From the NCBI GenBank assembly GCA_016699515.1, contig CP064978.1:892359-956358 (forward strand): a stretch of 64,000 nucleotides of DNA, written 5' to 3'. A program made the translations under genes and the position numbers. The stretch is from Candidatus Peregrinibacteria bacterium (GTDB lineage Bacteria; Patescibacteriota; Gracilibacteria; UM-FILTER-43-11). How positions within the stretch are numbered: the first letter of the stretch is position 1; each line of letters begins with the position of its first letter. The notes under the pieces were generated by a model, which had not been told where the DNA came from, ran no database searches, and was given only the letters and a program-made list of their open reading frames with translations. Below, one piece after another: positions 27,942-39,213 of this stretch.

Positions 27942-28985
27942 TCCTTGCGCCTCTTGTTTTGTTCCTACCAGCGGCCATAGCGCCAGCCCACCAGCAATGG
28001 CGTATTCCGATGTGAGCGATTGAGATGTTAAGTAGCTCATTTCTTTCCATTCCATCTGCGGGAACGCCGCTTGGAGCGCGTCTTTTAAGGAAGGCATTTT
28101 TGCGTAAGGCCCAACCAAATAAACCGTTTTTAATTCAAAATTTTCTTGGTTGCGCGCTGCATTGATTAATTCATTCATACGCCGAATCAAATCCTGGTAA
28201 GATTCCGCGAGGGCTTGCTGTAATTGAGATTCCAAATTGGTGTCGGCTTTTTGACCCCTTGCAACAGCGCCGTTGCGTCTTTGAGTGGGATGCTGAGCGT
28301 CTCTTTTATTTTTTGAGCTAAAAATGCGCCTGCGACTTTTGAACTGAGCGTTTTGTGCTCCTGGCCCGGCTTGCCAATCGTCATCAACGTGCCGTTTTGA
28401 CCCAGGTGGATCGCCATAAAATTTTGTGCATTGACGTTGAATTGATTTTCACACGCGCGGATGAGAGCATGATGCATTACGTCGACCCCACTACATTCAA
28501 CCCAGTCTCGTCGATCCTTGAATCACCGCGGCCACCAGGCCGTCTTGCGCTGCGATAAATTCCAAGGCGGTTTCGACCGGTTTGGGGTCGTTTCCGGCAA
28601 TGGGATAGTAATCAATGATGGCCTGATTGAGCTCGATTGGAATAAAGTCGGCGGCCTCTTTTTTGATCCACTCTTCATCTTCTTTTTGTTCAGGCTTGAG
28701 TGTGATGCGGTGGGAAAAGGTTTTTTCTTCGGGGATGGCAATGACCACCTCTTTGGTTTTGAGGGGCCCATTCTTTCCGTTTTCAATCAATTGTTTTAAC
28801 GCCGCTTTAAATGCCTCGGGGTTATTGATGATGATGTCATCTTCGACCACGCCCAATTCCAGTTCTACTTTGGACGCATTCACCAAAACCAATTGATCTT
28901 TTTTAACCAGCCATTCCACTGCAGTTAATGCGTGGCTGGAAATATCGAGGCCGATTAGTTTTTTGGGGAGACGACTTAGTGACAT
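27942..28985 (-). CDS. pilM: PilM-like actin-fold pilus assembly ATPase (about three frame breaks)
   Basis: KLIGLDISSHALTAV N-terminus and EYAIAGGLAL C-terminus. The fragments 28497..28985, 28187..28477 and 27792..28235 join near 28245, 28480 and 28497. Confidence 0.65.
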
Positions 28986-29004
28986 TCGTTAGTGCAAGTA
29001 GGGG

Positions 29005-29472
29005 CTAGAGTTCGTTGATCGAGAGGATGTCGATCGTGTTGTAGTGGTTCACTCCTGAGTAATTGGCAAAATTTACATCATACGTTTCAATGCGCAATTG
29101 ATACTGAAACGTGCGATTAAATCCATTACTGACCCCGTGTATATCCAAAGTAGCCAGACGCTCTTGAATGCCCGGAGCAATTTGTTGAGGACTGAACCAT
29201 TGCATGGTACTGGTGCAGGTATCATCCGGACCTATTTGGTAGTTCAGATTTCCGGGAAATTGATATTCCTGTTTTAAACGCCACATCACGTCTTCAAAAC
29301 AGGTGCTTACGTTCAAGCGTGCATTTTCGTAATAAATACTGTTCAACGATAACGAGGCGTTATTTACTCCATCCAACAACATTCCCATTGCAAAAAACAT
29401 TGCCACGGTGGTGACAATGAGCAAGCTCACAATTGCGATGAATCCCTGTGGGCGATGAGTTTTTTTTTGCAT
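29005..29472 (-). CDS. PilX-like minor pilin candidate
   Basis: RPQGFIAIVSLLIVTTVAMFF hydrophobic N-terminus resembling the PilX N-terminal domain. Confidence 0.45.
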   Translation of the reverse strand: MQKKTHRPQGFIAIVSLLIVTTVAMFFAMGMLLDGVNNASLSLNSIYYENARLNVSTCFEDVMWRLKQEYQFPGNLNYQIGPDDTCTSTMQWFSPQQIAPGIQERLATLDIHGVSNGFNRTFQYQLRIETYDVNFANYSGVNHYNTIDILSINEL

Positions 29473-29493
29473 AATTCTTAAGGTCGGCTGAAG

Positions 29494-29522
29494 GACTCCG
29501 CCCGCCGTAGGCGGGCGGAGTC
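29494..29522. other. GC-rich 13-bp hairpin inside the pilus operon
   Basis: GACTCCGCCCGCC-GTA-GGCGGGCGGAGTC. Confidence 0.6.
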
Positions 29523-29537
29523 TGTTGGCCTAACGCC

Positions 29538-31647
29538 TTACCATTTTAAATGAAGGGTTAAGTAATCGATCACCATGAAGGCGGGAGCGCTTTCACTGCC
29601 GACCGGTGGTACGCCGTCCCAATTGAATTGGATGCGAGCGCGAATGGTTCGATTTTCAAAGCCTCCGACAAAACGTTTTGCATCGGGGCCGTTGTATAGT
29701 ACTTCGAACGTTTGTTGGTCGCTGCTTTCTCCATCGGCGCCAATCGATCCGACAGTTTCCCACGAATCGCTCACCCAATTAAACAGCTGCACGTTTTGAC
29801 TTCCCATCAAAACCCCCTTCATAGGACAGCTGGATTCCAGCTGATCACAGAAGAATTGCGTGATGCTTTGATAGGCGATTTGACCGCTGACATTGATGCT
29901 TTCAAGCGAATCCACTTGGCTGTCGGAAAGAATGGTTTTGAATTGTTTTTCCCACCATAGGTTGTCTTGACCTTGTTGAGTGCCCCCAATGTAGGCGGGA
30001 TTTAAGCTGTCGTCGTCTCCAATGGTGCTCCAGCGTGAGCACCATTCAGGCAAGGTGCCGTTATTACGGTAGCAACGATCTCCCAAAACATTCAATCCGG
30101 TTAGAATTCCGGTTCCGGTGTCTCCACAGTTTTCACTGCAGCCTCCGGGACAGTAGTACGCGTATCGGTACGTGGTGTAGGCGTCTGATGGATAGGTGAT
30201 GTGTTTTCCTTCACCAAAATTAACTTCAAACGCTTGCAATCCTAATGTGTTTTGAACCGAATTGACCGAGAATACGTATTGTTCCCCAATAATTCCTTCC
30301 AGTTTAATTTCAAAACCATTTTGATCAATGACAGAGTCTCCGGCGTATTGAAGGTAGTTGGTTGATTTATTGTATACCCAACTTTCCGTTCGGGTTTGCG
30401 TGGTAACTTCCACTTCTGATCCGTCGGCGTTATCGACCTGGAAAATGAACACATCGGTTTCTTTGCGGTTGTTGTCCCCAAGCCAGTTGCCCACGCGCCA
30501 TAGTTCGGCATGATAGTCGTCGGGGCTGGCATTAAGATGCACTTCGTATTCGACTTCATTTTCTGGATTCACTCCCAACCATGGAATGTATTCCGATAGG
30601 GCTTGGGCCAAAATGATGAAGGCTTTATCGAATCCGGGTAGGCCGGTCATGTTGAGTACATTCTGGTAAACATCGTCGGGCAACTTGGTGTTGGCCACCA
30701 TGACTTCACGGAAGTGTCGGTGCCACATGACCGGAGGATGATTTTCAATCAACGCATTCAAAACGCTTGGTGGGAGCGGGCTGGAACTCAGCAAAATTTG
30801 ACGCATTTGGAATGTATCGATCGTAGGCTGTTGAGTGATGAGCTCAAGCAAGTGGGCATCGTTGCTGCAATTAAGCGCAAACACGCCAGAGCCTCCAAAG
30901 CTTGCCCCCAAACTTTCGCCACCGGATTCCGCTCCACCGTATGCCGAAGAATCACATCCATCTCCTACTCCATCCAAGTCAAAATCTTCTTGGAACGGAT
31001 TGTAGATCAAGACACAATTATCCATTTCATCACAAATACCATCCGCATCGGCGTCACCGGTGCATTGGGGATGATGAGGAAATTGATCTTGATAATCGGG
31101 ACTTCCATCGTTGTCGTAATCCCCTTTTTCCAAGTTGGCAGATACGATGTATTCCTGTGGCACTCCATCTTGTCCATCTTGAGCGGACAGGCGGGCGGTA
31201 ACCCCCATTACGATTTGCGGGTCATTCAAGCGGTCTTCGATTCGTTCAAAGAACAAACTATGAATATTGAGTGTATCAGGCGACAATCGGCTGGTTTCAC
31301 CCCCCTTCGGTGATCTCGATGGTGTTGTTGGCTGTATCCACTTGGATCACCACCACTTGATCATTGGCATCGAGCATGCTGAGGCGGCCATCCGCCATGT
31401 CAAAAACGGAGTCAGCTACATTCACACGAGTTGCCCCGCTGATGAGGTTGTACATCCGTTCGATCACAAATTGGGCATCCGCATTGGTTTGCTTTTCCCC
31501 TTCGTGCTGACGATCAAATCGCACGGAGTTGATGGATACCGTAAGTAAAGTGGGAGTGATGACCAAGAAAATTGCCACGTACAGCAATAATTCTATGAAG
31601 GTCACTCCCGATTGATTCCTGAGGGGGCTTAGGAGACGCTTGAACAT
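29538..31647 (-). CDS. Large pilin-like protein with thrombospondin-type-3-like Ca-binding repeats (one frame break)
   Basis: Prepilin-like N-terminus SGVTFIELLLYVAIFLV (ORF 31297..31647) joins ORF 29538..31286 at C6 31300..31305. DNDGSPDYQD, DADADGICDEMDNC and DFDLDGVGDGCD repeats. Confidence 0.6.
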
Positions 31648-31687
31648 TATAGAATAAGGTTAAATAAGTAAAAAAATAATAAATGAA

Positions 31688-32222
31688 TCAATAATTGACT
31701 GTTTTAAGCCAATCGGTTACATACACCGTGTGCGAAGCGAGGTCATCGGGAATGTAGTCGGGTGACCAAAGGATGCTGATATCGACGCGCTTGGTGTTGG
31801 TGTCGGTCGATGACTGCCCCGTATCACCATCGAAATAAAGATCATTGCTGCCCGAATGCCTCAGGGCATCCGAAACAGTGATTTGTCGTTCGAAGGTGTC
31901 CATATCGGGGACGTCACTTTTTACCAACCAAGATCCGGTGCCCGGATTTCGAATGAGAAAAAAAGTTCCATTGTTTAATTGGGTAAAATCGAGATTACGT
32001 AAGTGGTGCAAAATATCGTTGGTTTCGCTGAGAGTAATGGCAGCCTGCCCCTGAATGTAGGATTGACCGGTGATTTTGCGGGCACCGATAAATACCCCCA
32101 ACGACGTGGTGGTTAACACTAAAAACAACACTGTTACAATGATCAATTCGACCAAACTGGACCCCTTTTGGATAAGGCTGCTGGGTGAGCATGAATTTTT
32201 TTATTTGTTTTTGTGGAACCAT
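31688..32222 (-). CDS. Minor pilin (one frame break)
   Basis: ..PKG(S)SLVELIIVTVLFLVL prepilin motif is restored by a 1-nt change in C4 32162..32165. Confidence 0.55.
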
Positions 32223-32263
32223 TTGCTTTACATTAGCGTATTTTTTTAAAGAACACCACTTTT

Positions 32264-32728
32264 TTATTCAATCACCCCAAACGTGTTGACGTTAAAAGTA
32301 AAATTCGTGTTTTGATTTCCGATGGTAATGGTGCCGTCGTTTTGCGTGCGCGCCGTGCGATTTTCAAATACGATTTCATTGGTAATGCCCGGCTGCGGAT
32401 TGAGCTCAAAATCAAGAATGTCAAAATATTTAAGGTCTAAGGTAATATTGCCGGAGCCACCGGACGTGTACATGTTTTGGAAGATGGTGAACTGATGATT
32501 GATCGGATCGATATGCACTCCGTAATTCGCGTTCGTCGCATTTTTAAGTGCCAATGATCGCGCGCGCTTTAACAAAGTGAGTGTGCTATTGATATCGATA
32601 TTCCCCAGCGAAGCGCGATAATACTGAAAATAGGCTCCCACCCCCACACTGGCCAAGATAATAAAAATACTGGCGGTGAGCAGTATTTCTGCCAAAGAAA
32701 ATCCCTTTGAATTGCTTTTGATGCTCAT
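32264..32728 (-). CDS. Minor pilin (GspH/FimT-like)
   Basis: KGFSLAEILLTASIFIILASVGV prepilin cleavage/methylation motif. Confidence 0.7.
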   Translation of the reverse strand: MSIKSNSKGFSLAEILLTASIFIILASVGVGAYFQYYRASLGNIDINSTLTLLKRARSLALKNATNANYGVHIDPINHQFTIFQNMYTSGGSGNITLDLKYFDILDFELNPQPGITNEIVFENRTARTQNDGTITIGNQNTNFTFNVNTFGVIE

Positions 32729-32741
32729 GATGGTGAAGGGG

Positions 32742-34063
32742 TTAGGTTTGTCCCACGTCGGAAATAAGTGTGTAAATCGGCCCGATCACGGTGATTACCA
32801 AACCGGCCACCATTAAACCGAGTAGCACCATGATGGCGGGCTCGATGATGGTGGAAATATTTTTTACGTCGGTGTCCACGATTCCTTTGTAATAGCGCGC
32901 CATGTAATCGATTACCTGCGGCAATTTACCAGTGCGTTCGCCCACTCGAATGAGTTTAACAAACATCCCCGGAAACTTGGAGTCTTCTTTAAAGCTTTGC
33001 GAAAGGGCGGCTCCGCCTTTGATTTTTCCCAACATGTACTCAATTTCGGATTGGAATATGCTGTTCCCCACCACTTTTTGCGTGATTTCCAAACAACGAA
33101 GAATGGTGATGCCACTTGCGATCAGTGAACCAAAATGATGACTCACCTGGGCGGTGTTATAATTGCGAACAATTCGCCCAATCACCGGTAATTTAAGATA
33201 CAATCGGTCTTTTATTTTTTTAACTTTGGGCGTCCTTAACAAAGAAAAAAACTCACACCTCCCACCAGCCCGCCCACCATGAGCAAGGCGATGTATTTGT
33301 TGATAAAATTGGTGATCGCAATGATGATTTGAGTGGTGAAAGGAATTTCGGCCCCAAGCTATCAAAGATGGTTAGAATACGAGGCATAACAAACACCGCC
33401 AATACGATCATGAAGGTGAACATAACCGTCATAATGATTTTTGGATAAATCAGCGCCCCTTTTACTTTTGCTTTAAACCGATCGTTTTCTTCTAGATTGT
33501 CGGCCAGCCCCATCATCGTTTCGGAAAGGGTACCCGATTGTTCCCCGACGCTTACGATATTCACATAGATTTCGGGGAATATTTTGGGGTATTTTCGCAT
33601 GGCGGCCGATAGTGACTGACCGTTGTTGAGGCGCTCCAAAATTCCTTCTTAATTTGTATTGAAATGACTTGTTGCCATTTTGCGCAGCCAAAAATTTAAT
33701 CGATTCAAAAATCGTTACTCCTGCGCCCAACATCACCGCCAAATGACGGGTGAATTCGAGCACCTCTTTTTGAGAAACCGTTCCAATGGTGCTCAGCTTT
33801 TCCACCAGGGTCATTTTCTTTTTCTTCTGCACTTGTGGTACTGCTTTTTCGGTGGGGCCTTGTGTGAAATTCTGCGATTCGACTTCCACCACTCCTTCCC
33901 CACCCACGGCTTGCAACACTTCTCCGTCTTCGTCGACCAAGTTTCGCTCAACTTCCGAAGTTCTTTCTTCTTCGATCGCTTTGCTGACCGCTTGAGACGA
34001 ATGTTGCTCAGGTTCGGGCGGCGTGGTTTGGATCCCTGATTTTTTTAAACTTAAGGTAGGCAA
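32742..34063 (-). CDS. pilC: Type IV pilus platform protein PilC (GspF family), three frame breaks
   Basis: Three ORF fragments carry the two GspF-type repeats. Breaks are at A7 33245..33251, C4 33352..33355 and near 33640. It has a long acidic N-terminal extension. Confidence 0.8.
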
Positions 34064-34099
34064 GAACTGAGTGAAAAATTAATGGTTAATAAGCACTTA

Positions 34100-35856
34100 T
34101 TACGTTTTGATAACACGCACCACTTCTTCCAAACTGGTTACGCCCGAGAGCGCTTTGAAAATTCCGTCTTCCAACATGGTGTTCATTCCATTTTCGATAG
34201 CAACCGCTTCAATTTCGTCCGCACTTGCTTGTTTAAGAATGGTTTTTTTAATTGCTTCGTTCATTTCCATGACTTCGTAAAGACCAATTCGGCCTTTGTA
34301 TCCGGTTTGCCCACACGCTTTGCAACCGATTCCTTTATAAAAATAATAGTTGTCTTTAAATTGCAGCGTTTCCAGCTCTTGGTCGGAATAGATTTTTTTA
34401 CTCATTTTTTTGATCAACTCAACCATGTTTTTGTTGTTGTAGATCATGTTGAGCGTTTCGGCATTGTACACTTTGGTTTCGACGCATTGCGTACACACTT
34501 TGCGCACCAACCGTTGGGCGATCATGCAGTTGATGGCCGCCGTGAGCAAAAAGGGTTCAATTCCCATTTCGACCAAGCGCGGAATTCCCACCGCGGTACT
34601 ATTGGCATGCAACGTGGAAAACACCATATGCCCTGTCATCGCCGATTCCACACCAATTTGAGCGGTTTCCTGATCACGAATTTCCCCCACCAAAATATCG
34701 TCGGGATCCTGACGCAACAATGCGCGTAGTCCGTTGGCAAAGGTAAGGTTGGTGGCGTGATTCACTTGTACCTGATTGATACCGTCGATCCCGTATTCGA
34801 TTGGATCTTCGATGGTTGCCACATTGATTTCGGGCGAATTGATCAATTCAATCACATTGTAAAGCGTCGTGGTTTTTCCCGATCCGGTGGGCCCGGTTAC
34901 GATCAACATTCCATACGGTTTGGTGGAATTAGCGATTACTTTTTTGTAATCCGTTTCACTCAATCCGGATTCTCTGAGTCCTACCGAGTCTTCCAGTTCC
35001 ACCAAAATACGCATCACGATTTTTCCCCAAAGTGAGTCGGTAAAATGGACACACGAAATGACACGGAATCGTTATCGAGTTTTAAGTTGATACGACCGTC
35101 CTGAGCGGCACGGGTTTCGTCGATGCGCAAGCTGGATAAAATCTTACATCGGGTTACCAAAGGCTCATGAATGATTTTAGGTAAATTAACAATTTTATGC
35201 AGCACTCCATCGATCCGATAGCGAATGACGGTGTACTGTTTGGTGGCTTCAATGTGTATATCGGACGCGTGGTGACGGTAAGCATGCAACAAGATGGTGT
35301 CAAAAATCTTTACGATCGGAATTTCTTCACTAATGTTGTTAATGATCGCTTCGGATACTTTTTCATCCGGCTTTAGAAAACGAATGTGTTCCGGGAGCAT
35401 GTTCAAAAAAATGTGCTTCAGCTCCTGATTGTATTTTCCGATGATGTTCTTAATATTGCTGGTGGTGGTGTAATACACCTCAGCTTCTCGCCCGGTTTTC
35501 TTTTCCAGATCACTGATCATTTCCAGGTCGAGCGGATTGACGGTCGCGATTTTAATAATGTTCTTTTCCTCGTTCACTTCGAACGTAATCACCCCTTGCT
35601 TAAGGGCGATGTTTTCGGGAACGATTTCGAGCACCTCATTGGGAATTTGAATTTTGGAAAGATTGATGTAAGGGTAGCCTAAAATATCCGCTACCATTTT
35701 TCCTAAAATTTCATCCGCCACAATGTGCCGTTTTTGCAAGGTTTCAAAAAACGGACTTCGGGATTGCCTGGCTTCATCCAGTGTGGACTGGATCAGATCT
35801 TCGGATATTCCCTTTAACCGAAGGGCTTCGATGAGTTTGTTTTCTGGAATCATCAT
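34100..35856 (-). CDS. pilB: Type IV pilus assembly ATPase PilB (one frame break)
   Basis: GspE N-terminal domain, Walker A GPTGSGKTTT, and Cys motifs CTQC..CKAC. Adding one base to T5 35020..35024 gives ..PTHFGEKIVMRILVE. Confidence 0.9.
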
Positions 35857-35860
35857 ACGA

Positions 35861-36673
35861 TTACTGACTTAGGGCTTTAGTGGTATTTTTTGCAGACCGG
35901 GTCGGTCGATTTTCTTTAGGCTCGCTTGCCTTATTGGCAGCCGGTTTTTCGGTTGCCGGTTTTTCGGGCTCTTTCTGGGCAGCCTGCTTTGATACTTCCG
36001 CAGGCTTCACTTCTTTTTTTGCATTTGTTGGCGCGGCGGTTGCCTCACCGGGATTTGACTGTTCTTTTACCGGCTGCTCTTTTGCGGGAACCGGCGCCGT
36101 TAATTTGGCGATTTTCTGACCACAATTATTACAAAAGTGCGAATTTGGGCTGATGACCAAGTGACACTTGGGACACTGAGTGATTTTGGAGCGCACTTGG
36201 TTTTCCAGGTTCGTGATGACTTTTAATTTGTTTTTCAGCTCTAGCACCAATTCATCCAAATTGCGCGGATCGTCCTTTTGATTCACAATGGCTTCGATCA
36301 GCTCGTCGAAACGAGTGAGCTGTTTTAGAAAGATGTTTTGCACTTTGTACGTGGAAAGTTTTGCCAAATCTTCGGCCCCCTTTAAGCGCGAATACACCAC
36401 CACGGGCATAGTGGGCGCAAGGGTTTTAAAGGCTTCCAATAAATAATATCCGTTCACGAGCGGCAAGATGATTTCGAGCACGATTAAATTGAATTCTTTT
36501 TCGGATATTTTTTTGAGCGCCTCTTTGGCATTGGAAACTTGTTCCACATTGACCCCTTGCTTCTCTTTCAACTCATGCGTTTTGATGTATTCTTCGATGC
36601 CATGAACGATGTCTTTATCGTTGTCGATCAAAAGAATGTTCAGTTGCCGAGCGGTTGTTTTAATGGTGTCCAT
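35861..36673 (-). CDS. Atypical receiver-domain protein with C-terminal zinc ribbon and Lys/Pro/Ala-rich tail
   Basis: CheY-like fold pattern (ILLIDND.., ..LIVLEIILPLVNG, ..IFLKQ). Glu sits where the phospho-acceptor Asp is expected. CPKCHLVISPNSHFCNNCG. Confidence 0.65.
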   Translation of the reverse strand: MDTIKTTARQLNILLIDNDKDIVHGIEEYIKTHELKEKQGVNVEQVSNAKEALKKISEKEFNLIVLEIILPLVNGYYLLEAFKTLAPTMPVVVYSRLKGAEDLAKLSTYKVQNIFLKQLTRFDELIEAIVNQKDDPRNLDELVLELKNKLKVITNLENQVRSKITQCPKCHLVISPNSHFCNNCGQKIAKLTAPVPAKEQPVKEQSNPGEATAAPTNAKKEVKPAEVSKQAAQKEPEKPATEKPAANKASEPKENRPTRSAKNTTKALSQ

Positions 36674-36697
36674 AAAGGATGGAAATTGAAATAAGGA

Positions 36698-37762
36698 CTA
36701 TTGGTCAAAAAATACGTCGATCAATTGACGATTGATGGCATAGGCCGAAGCGACCTCGCGCGTGATTTTTCCGTCTTTCGCCAGTTTTACCAAACATTGT
36801 TCCAAGCGAACCATTTCGGTGTTTTCACCCGACTGAAGCGCGTTGTATATTTGCTCGGTTTTTTCGGAACGAATGATGTTGCGAACCGCATCGTTGGCCA
36901 TGAGCTGCTCGTAAGCAAACACCAGTTTTCCATCCACCCCCGGCACCAAGCGTTGCGAGATGATTCCGGTAGGTGCGCCAGATAATTGCTGACGAATTTG
37001 CTTTTGCTTCTGTTCCGGGAACGCGTCGATGATCCGATCCAAGGTTTGAACGGAATTATTGGTGTGCAATGTCGAGAACACCAAATGTCCGGTTTCGGCC
37101 AAGGTAATGGCGGCTTGCATGGTTTCGTGATCGCGCATTTCTCCAATCATAATCACATCGGGATCCTGACGCATAGCCCCGCGCAACGCTTCGTCGAACG
37201 TGGAGGTGTGTTCCCCCACTTCACGCTGTTCAATGATCGATTTTTTGTTATCGATGATGTATTCGATCGGGTCTTCAATGGTGATGATGTGCTCTTCACG
37301 CGTGCTGTTGATGTGATTTAAAATCGATGCCAAGCTGGTCGATTTTCCATGGCCGGTTGGCCCCACAAACAAAAAGAATCCTTGGCGATAGTTTTCGGCT
37401 ATGTCCAAAAAAATATTCGGCAAACCCAGCTGTTCAAAGTTTAAAATATTGTTTCGCACCAAGCGCAAACTGAGCGATAATCCGTGCTGCTGGCGATACA
37501 AGTTCGCGCGAAACCGAAAATCTTTTTTGTAGGCGAACGCAAAGTCGGTACTGCCTTTTTCTCGAAACTCAACTTGAGATTTTTCATTCAGCAATTTAAT
37601 AAAATCTTCGTCGCCTTGTTGCATTTTAAAAATCGGCGCGTCTTCCACTTCGTAGAGCTTTCCCGAAACACGAATAACCGGGCGGCGGTCGCTTTGGTAG
37701 TGAATGTCGGACGCATTTTGGTTGATGGCTAAATCAAACACTTTTTCGTAATCAACGTTCAT
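36698..37762 (-). CDS. pilT: Twitching-motility retraction ATPase PilT
   Basis: ASDIH, Walker A GPTGHGKST, IITIEDPIE, GHLVFSTLHT. 354 aa. Confidence 0.9.
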   Translation of the reverse strand: MNVDYEKVFDLAINQNASDIHYQSDRRPVIRVSGKLYEVEDAPIFKMQQGDEDFIKLLNEKSQVEFREKGSTDFAFAYKKDFRFRANLYRQQHGLSLSLRLVRNNILNFEQLGLPNIFLDIAENYRQGFFLFVGPTGHGKSTSLASILNHINSTREEHIITIEDPIEYIIDNKKSIIEQREVGEHTSTFDEALRGAMRQDPDVIMIGEMRDHETMQAAITLAETGHLVFSTLHTNNSVQTLDRIIDAFPEQKQKQIRQQLSGAPTGIISQRLVPGVDGKLVFAYEQLMANDAVRNIIRSEKTEQIYNALQSGENTEMVRLEQCLVKLAKDGKITREVASAYAINRQLIDVFFDQ

Positions 37763-37863
37763 GATTTTTTGGTTTTTAGTTTTAAAAATCTAATTATTAT
37801 ACCAAAATACAGGGTAAAAGTCCACCCTTGTAGCGCGACTGATGTTTGCAGTGATCCGTACAA

Positions 37864-39168
37864 CTATTTTCGCAAGGCACGCATCATTTCAATTCGCTGA
37901 TCAATGAGCGTTTTGGTGCCAATATCGCGACGAAAAAAGATAGGACCCTGGATGGACTCAACGGCTTTTTGAACGTTTTTTTCAGCTTCTTCCAGCGTAT
38001 CTGCTTTTGCCACGAATGCCATTGCGCGTGAACCACCCAACACCCAATCGTCTCCGGCGGCCTCAACCGATGCATAGTACACGCCCACCCCCTGGAAAGC
38101 CTTTGTTTGATGAATTCGTTCGCCTTTTACTGGATTTTCGGGATACCCCTTGGGAACGATGTACTTACACACGGTGGCTTTCTTTTCAAATTCAATGTTG
38201 AGCTGATCCAATGTTCCGTGAATGATTGCTAGGCACACTTCTACCAAGTCGGTTTTTAAAAGTGTGAGCGCGTTCATCACTTCGGGATCACCAAAGCGCG
38301 CATTGTACTCAATCAAACGCACTCCGTTTTTTACGGCCATGAATCCGCCATACATAATTCCTTTGAATCCGGTGCCCAATTCTTTTTTGAGGGCCGCCGC
38401 GGTTTCGACGGTGATTTGATGAGCGGCGGTTAAGTCGGATGCCTCTAGAAAAGGTAGGTTTTCGCGGTCGCTGTAGGTTCCCATTCCACCCGTGTTTGGG
38501 CCCTGGTCGTTTTCGTACGCCCGTTTGTGATCCTGAATCGGAAGCATGTCGATTACATGGTCGCCGTCCACAAAACTCATTAAACTGAACTCTTGACCGA
38601 CCAATTTTTCTTCGATCACCACCTGTCCGTCGCTCTTTAAAAACGCCCGCGCTTGTTCTACCCCCTGATCGATGGTTTCAAAATGATCCCCCTGCACCAA
38701 TACCCCCTTTCCCCCATGAAGCCCGTCGGCTTTTACCACTATCTGCCCAAGGCTTTCCGCAAATTCTTTTAGGCCATCGGGGGATGTAAATACTTTGAAT
38801 TCAGGGTTTCCGGAAATGCCATATTTTTCGAGCAATTCACGCGTAAACCCTTTGGAACTTTCGAGTTGTGCCATTGCTTGCGTGGGGCTGGCCGATGGTA
38901 TGCCGATCTCTAAAAGCGCATCCACCACGCCGGCAGCCAGGGGTGCCTCGGGGCCCACCACAGCAAAATCCGGTCGGTACTCATCGACAAATGCCTGAAT
39001 GGCTTTGGTATCAGTTAAATTGCCCACATGATACCTGGCAGCCAGCGGCTCAATACCGGGATTCAGCGTATTGCCGAATACGTAAAGCTGATCGCACTGG
39101 GGAGATCGCGCCAGTTGTTCCGCAATGATGTGCTCGCGAGCACCGCTTCCTATCAATGCAATTTTCAT
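37864..39168 (-). CDS. purD: Phosphoribosylamine-glycine ligase
   Basis: MKIALIGSGAREH start, ATP-grasp region and GPNTGGMG motif. Confidence 0.9.
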   Translation of the reverse strand: MKIALIGSGAREHIIAEQLARSPQCDQLYVFGNTLNPGIEPLAARYHVGNLTDTKAIQAFVDEYRPDFAVVGPEAPLAAGVVDALLEIGIPSASPTQAMAQLESSKGFTRELLEKYGISGNPEFKVFTSPDGLKEFAESLGQIVVKADGLHGGKGVLVQGDHFETIDQGVEQARAFLKSDGQVVIEEKLVGQEFSLMSFVDGDHVIDMLPIQDHKRAYENDQGPNTGGMGTYSDRENLPFLEASDLTAAHQITVETAAALKKELGTGFKGIMYGGFMAVKNGVRLIEYNARFGDPEVMNALTLLKTDLVEVCLAIIHGTLDQLNIEFEKKATVCKYIVPKGYPENPVKGERIHQTKAFQGVGVYYASVEAAGDDWVLGGSRAMAFVAKADTLEEAEKNVQKAVESIQGPIFFRRDIGTKTLIDQRIEMMRALRK

Positions 39169-39213
39169 TCTAAGGAGTGAAGGAGTAAGTTTACCAAATT
39201 ATATTAATGCTTT

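Noticed and set aside
34082-34729. 215-aa plus-strand ORF antisense to pilB.
   Set aside because: It is the opposite strand of the conserved PilB ATPase domain. It is His/Phe-rich nonsense with no motif.
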